NCBI GenBank assembly: GCA_024639005.1
Contig: JAHEJD010000005.1
Location: 15,563 to 79,562, forward strand
Direction of reading: 5' to 3'
Source: Chromatiaceae bacterium
GTDB taxonomy: Bacteria; Pseudomonadota; Gammaproteobacteria; Chromatiales; Chromatiaceae
DNA length: 64,000 bases
The stretch's first letter is position 1; each line of letters opens with the position of its first letter. The translations under genes were made by a program, and so were the position numbers. The notes beneath the pieces are model-generated. The model did not search any database and had not been told where the DNA came from. It worked only from the letters and a program-made list of their open reading frames with translations. Positions 60,517-64,000 of this stretch are shown here, piece after piece.

Positions 60517-61071
60517 ATGGTTTCTCTGGAAACGCCAGTCTGTGAGTTCGGCAAGGCCGTCCCGGATTTCGATCTCCCCGGTGTCGACGGTCGCCGTTGG
60601 ACCCGCGATCAGTGCATGGGTGAGAAAGGCCTCCTGGTAATGTTCATTTGCAACCACTGCCCCTACGTGAAGGCGGTACTCGATCGCATAATTCGCGATG
60701 CCGCAGAGCTCAAGGCGCTTGGGGTAAACAGCGTTGCGATAATGTCCAATGACCCGACGGAATATCCAGAAGACTCTTTCGACAATATGCGCGCCATCGC
60801 GCAGCGGCACGGATTTCCTTTCGCCTACCTGCTGGACGAGGATCAGCAGGTCGCCAAGGCATACGGTGCAGTCTGCACGCCCGACTTCTTCGGTTACAAC
60901 GCCGCCGGTGAACTGCAATACCGTGGTCGGCTCGACGCGAGCCGCAAAGAGACCGCCCCGGCCGATGCACGGCGTGATCTGTTCGAGGCGATGAAGCAGG
61001 TTGCGGAGACCGGCGATGGCCCGGCCGAGCAGATTCCGAGCATGGGCTGTTCCATCAAGTGGATCGCATAG
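60517..61071 (+). CDS. Thioredoxin-fold thiol-disulfide oxidoreductase (AhpC/TSA-like family)
   Basis: The start is refined to ATG 60517 (MVSLETPVCEFGKAVPDFDLPGVDG). The redox motif is FICNHCPYV. The upstream part of the track ORF is antisense to metK. Confidence 0.85.
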   Translation: MVSLETPVCEFGKAVPDFDLPGVDGRRWTRDQCMGEKGLLVMFICNHCPYVKAVLDRIIRDAAELKALGVNSVAIMSNDPTEYPEDSFDNMRAIAQRHGFPFAYLLDEDQQVAKAYGAVCTPDFFGYNAAGELQYRGRLDASRKETAPADARRDLFEAMKQVAETGDGPAEQIPSMGCSIKWIA

Positions 61072-61383
61072 CGTCCGGCTAATTGCCTGTAAAACAACTG
61101 CTTAGCGTTTTACCGACCACTGATCTCCTGAGCTTATGGGCGTATTTGAATATTCGGGGAAACCCTTGTTGCCCGCCCTCTAGCGACTGGGTCAGAATAC
61201 CCGACCTTTTGTACGCCATCTGTCGCGGGTAGTTCGCGTCCGCAGCGATGAATCTTGCTAAGACGCGCGACATGCCGGCCAATGGCCTGCCGCGCGACGC
61301 CCGTAGAGACACGATCTGCGTCGCCGTCGGCTGTTCGGCGGCGGCGATGAACTCTTTAATAATGCCTTCTACAGGAGGGACTA

Positions 61384-63372
61384 ATGTCCTCACGCAGAGA
61401 ACTTGCCAACGCTATCCGCGCGTTGAGCATGGACGCCGTTCAGAAAGCCAACTCTGGTCACCCGGGTGCCCCCATGGGAATGGCGGATATCGCCGAGGTG
61501 CTGTGGAACGATCACATGAAGCACAATCCGACCAATCCGGATTGGGCTGATCGCGATCGTTTCGTGTTGTCGAACGGCCATGGTTCCATGCTGATCTACT
61601 CCCTCCTGCATCTGACCGGCTACGACCTGACGCTTGATGATCTCAAGAACTTTCGTCAGCTGCACTCCAAAACGCCGGGACATCCGGAATACGGCTATGC
61701 GCCGGGTATCGAGACCACCACCGGGCCGCTCGGTCAGGGGATCACCAACGCGGTCGGCATGACGATCGCGGAACGCGCGCTGGCCGCTGAGTTCAACAAG
61801 GACGGCCATGACATCGTCGATCATCACACCTACGTGTTCTTGGGCGACGGCTGTCTGATGGAAGGCATTTCGCACGAGGCCTGCTCGCTGGCCGGTACGC
61901 TGGGGCTCGGCAAGCTGATCGCGTTCTGGGACGACAACGGCATCTCGATCGACGGGCATGTCGAAGGCTGGTTCACGGACGACACGCCAAAGCGATTCGA
62001 GGCCTATGGCTGGCATGTGATTCCGGACGTCGACGGTCACGACCCGGCGGCGATTGCCAAGGCGATGGAATTTGCCAAGGCGATGACCGACAAACCCACG
62101 CTGATCTGCTGCAAGACCACTATTGGCTTTGGCTCACCGAACAAGGCCGGCAGCCACGCCTGCCACGGCGCACCGCTGGGCCAGGACGAGATCAATCTCA
62201 CGAAGGCCGCACTTGGCTGGGATCACGGCGCCTTCGAGGTGCCGTCGACGATCTACCAGGGGTGGGATGCCAGAGAAAAAGGTGCCGCTGCCGAGGCCGC
62301 ATGGAACGAAAGATTTGCCGCCTACGAGATGGCACATCCGGCACTGGCCGCCGAGTTCAAGCGCCGAATGGCGGGCGAGTTGCCGGCCGAATGGTCCGGC
62401 AGTGCCGAAGCCTTCGTCGCCAAGTGCGACGAGGAGGCGGATTCCCCGGCGACGCGGAAGGCGTCACTCAACGCCATCGAGGCCTATGCGCCGTCGTTGC
62501 CAGAGTTGTTCGGCGGATCGGCCGACCTGGGTGGGTCGAACCTGACCGAGTGGTCGGGACACAGGCCAATGCGGGCCGACAAGCCTGCCGCCAACTACAT
62601 CAACTACGGCGTTCGAGAGTTCGGTATGGCGGCCATCGTGAACGGCCTCTCGCTGCACGGCGGGTTCATTCCGTTCGGCGCGACCTTTCTGATGTTCTCC
62701 GAATATGCGCGCAATGCGTTGCGCATGGCGGCCCTGATGAAGATCCGCTCGATCTTCGTATTCACGCACGACTCTATCGGCCTGGGTGAAGATGGCCCGA
62801 CCCATCAGGCAGTGGAGCAGATCCCGACCCTGCGCATGATTCCGCGCATGGACGTATGGCGCCCCTGCGACACAGTCGAGACGGCGGTTGCCTGGCGCAA
62901 GGCCATCGAAAAACAGGATGGACCTAGCTGCCTTGCGTTCACGCGTCAGGGTGTGGCATTCCAGCCGCGCGATGCCGCGCAGATCGCAAATATTGCGCGC
63001 GGCGGCTATGTGTTGCGTGACTGTGAAGGCACCCCGGATGTGATCGTCATCGCTACCGGCTCAGAGGTCGGGATTTCGGTCGAGGCTGCCGCGGCCAGCA
63101 ACAAGAAGGTGCGTGTGGTCTCGATGCCCTGCACCAGCCTGTTCGACGCCCAGGATGCGGCGTATAAGGAATCGGTCCTGCCGGCCGCCGTTACGGCGCG
63201 TGTCGCTGTCGAGGCGGCCACCACCGACGCATGGTGGAAGTATGTCGGCGCGAGCGGAAAGGTCATCGGCATAGACACCTTCGGTGAATCAGCGCCGGCA
63301 GGCGAATTGTTCAAGCAGTTTGGTTTCACCGCGGAAAACGTCGGCAAGGCGATCGATGAGGTCGCGGGCTAG
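61384..63372 (+). CDS. tkt: Transketolase
   Basis: AGGAGG lies upstream of the ATG. The sequence has [26 protein letters not shown] and the TPP motif [13 protein letters not shown]. Confidence 0.97.
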   Translation: MSSRRELANAIRALSMDAVQKANSGHPGAPMGMADIAEVLWNDHMKHNPTNPDWADRDRFVLSNGHGSMLIYSLLHLTGYDLTLDDLKNFRQLHSKTPGHPEYGYAPGIETTTGPLGQGITNAVGMTIAERALAAEFNKDGHDIVDHHTYVFLGDGCLMEGISHEACSLAGTLGLGKLIAFWDDNGISIDGHVEGWFTDDTPKRFEAYGWHVIPDVDGHDPAAIAKAMEFAKAMTDKPTLICCKTTIGFGSPNKAGSHACHGAPLGQDEINLTKAALGWDHGAFEVPSTIYQGWDAREKGAAAEAAWNERFAAYEMAHPALAAEFKRRMAGELPAEWSGSAEAFVAKCDEEADSPATRKASLNAIEAYAPSLPELFGGSADLGGSNLTEWSGHRPMRADKPAANYINYGVREFGMAAIVNGLSLHGGFIPFGATFLMFSEYARNALRMAALMKIRSIFVFTHDSIGLGEDGPTHQAVEQIPTLRMIPRMDVWRPCDTVETAVAWRKAIEKQDGPSCLAFTRQGVAFQPRDAAQIANIARGGYVLRDCEGTPDVIVIATGSEVGISVEAAAASNKKVRVVSMPCTSLFDAQDAAYKESVLPAAVTARVAVEAATTDAWWKYVGASGKVIGIDTFGESAPAGELFKQFGFTAENVGKAIDEVAG

Positions 63373-63469
63373 ACAGATCCAATAAGGTGGCGGGCTGCGT
63401 TGACGGTCGGCCGCCTCGTCATAAACGCATTTTCCCAACACTGCGTAACCCTTCGAGGAGATTATTCAC

Positions 63470-64000
63470 ATGGCAATTAAAGTAGGTATCAACGGTTTTG
63501 GCCGCATCGGCCGCATGGCATTTCGCGCAATCGCCAAAGATTTTCCTGGTATCGAGGTCGTCGGTATCAACGACCTGCTGGACCCGGATTACCTCGCCTA
63601 CATGCTCAAGTACGACTCAGTGCACGGTAACTTCAATGGCGAGATCGGCGTCGAGGGCAGCTACATGATCGTCGACGGCAAGCAGATCCGTCTGACCGCT
63701 GAGCGCGACCCGGCCAACCTGAAGTGGGATGAGATTGGTGCAGATCTGGTCATCGAGTGTACCGGTTTCTTCCTGACCGAGGAGACCTGCCAGAAGCACA
63801 TTGACGCCGGTGCGAAAAAGGTGGTTCAGAGCGCGCCGTCGAAGGACGCGACGCCGATGTTCGTGTATGGCGTCAACCACGACACCTATGCCGGCCAGGC
63901 CATCGTTTCGGCGGCATCTTGCACCACCAACTGTCTCGCGCCTGTTGCCAAGGTGTTGCACGACAATTGGGGCATCAAGCGTGGCCTGATGACCACAGTG
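63470..64000 (+). CDS. gap: Glyceraldehyde-3-phosphate dehydrogenase, N-terminal part (3' end beyond window)
   Basis: This was hand-translated from ATG 63470: [21 protein letters not shown] ... [29 protein letters not shown] lies upstream. It is not in the ORF track because there is no stop within the window. Confidence 0.95.
   Translation, partial: MAIKVGINGFGRIGRMAFRAIAKDFPGIEVVGINDLLDPDYLAYMLKYDSVHGNFNGEIGVEGSYMIVDGKQIRLTAERDPANLKWDEIGADLVIECTGFFLTEETCQKHIDAGAKKVVQSAPSKDATPMFVYGVNHDTYAGQAIVSAASCTTNCLAPVAKVLHDNWGIKRGLMTTV

Overview
This is a GC-rich gammaproteobacterial chromosomal core region that is densely coding on both strands. I found no rRNA, tRNA, CRISPR array, IS element, integrase or prophage signature by eye. 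Taxon and synteny are inferred from gene content and from my memory of Pseudomonas gene order; no search was run.

Recognisable conserved blocks:
- coaD-fdx-ggt, two monoheme cytochromes c, then mutM.
- A translationally coupled ABC-2/GldG/DUF4340 operon.
- rpmG-rpmB-radC, divergent from coaBC-dut-algC-argB-slmA, then pyrE and xthA.
- ampG.
- yggS-proC-yggT, divergent from pilT-pilU.
- A long minus-strand array: gshB-apbE-tonB-yqgE-ruvX-pyrR-pyrB-pyrC'-pyrK-like.
- pilG-pilH-pilI-pilJ-chpA-cheW, the Chp chemosensory cluster for type IV pili.
- rsmE, metF-ahcY (with an SAH riboswitch), metK, tkt and gap.

No classical defence or mobile island is visible, and I cannot point to one clear-cut new system. 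The parts least explained by standard annotation are:
1. An 841-aa AlgC whose N-terminal ~385 aa look like a transmembrane sensor module.
2. A solitary 646-aa bacterial dynamin-like GTPase between yggT and a DUF4426 gene.
3. A PyrK-like FAD/[2Fe-2S] oxidoreductase translationally coupled to the catalytically dead dihydroorotase PyrC'.
4. A ~500-bp GC-rich ORF-less gap, followed by a secreted small protein and a periplasmic rhodanese, directly upstream of pilG.
5. A composite sequence motif plus hairpin shared by two unrelated intergenic regions.
6. An intrinsic-terminator-like hairpin lying inside the signal-peptide codons of ggt.

All coordinates for start-codon refinements, hairpins and motifs were derived by hand from the printed sequence.
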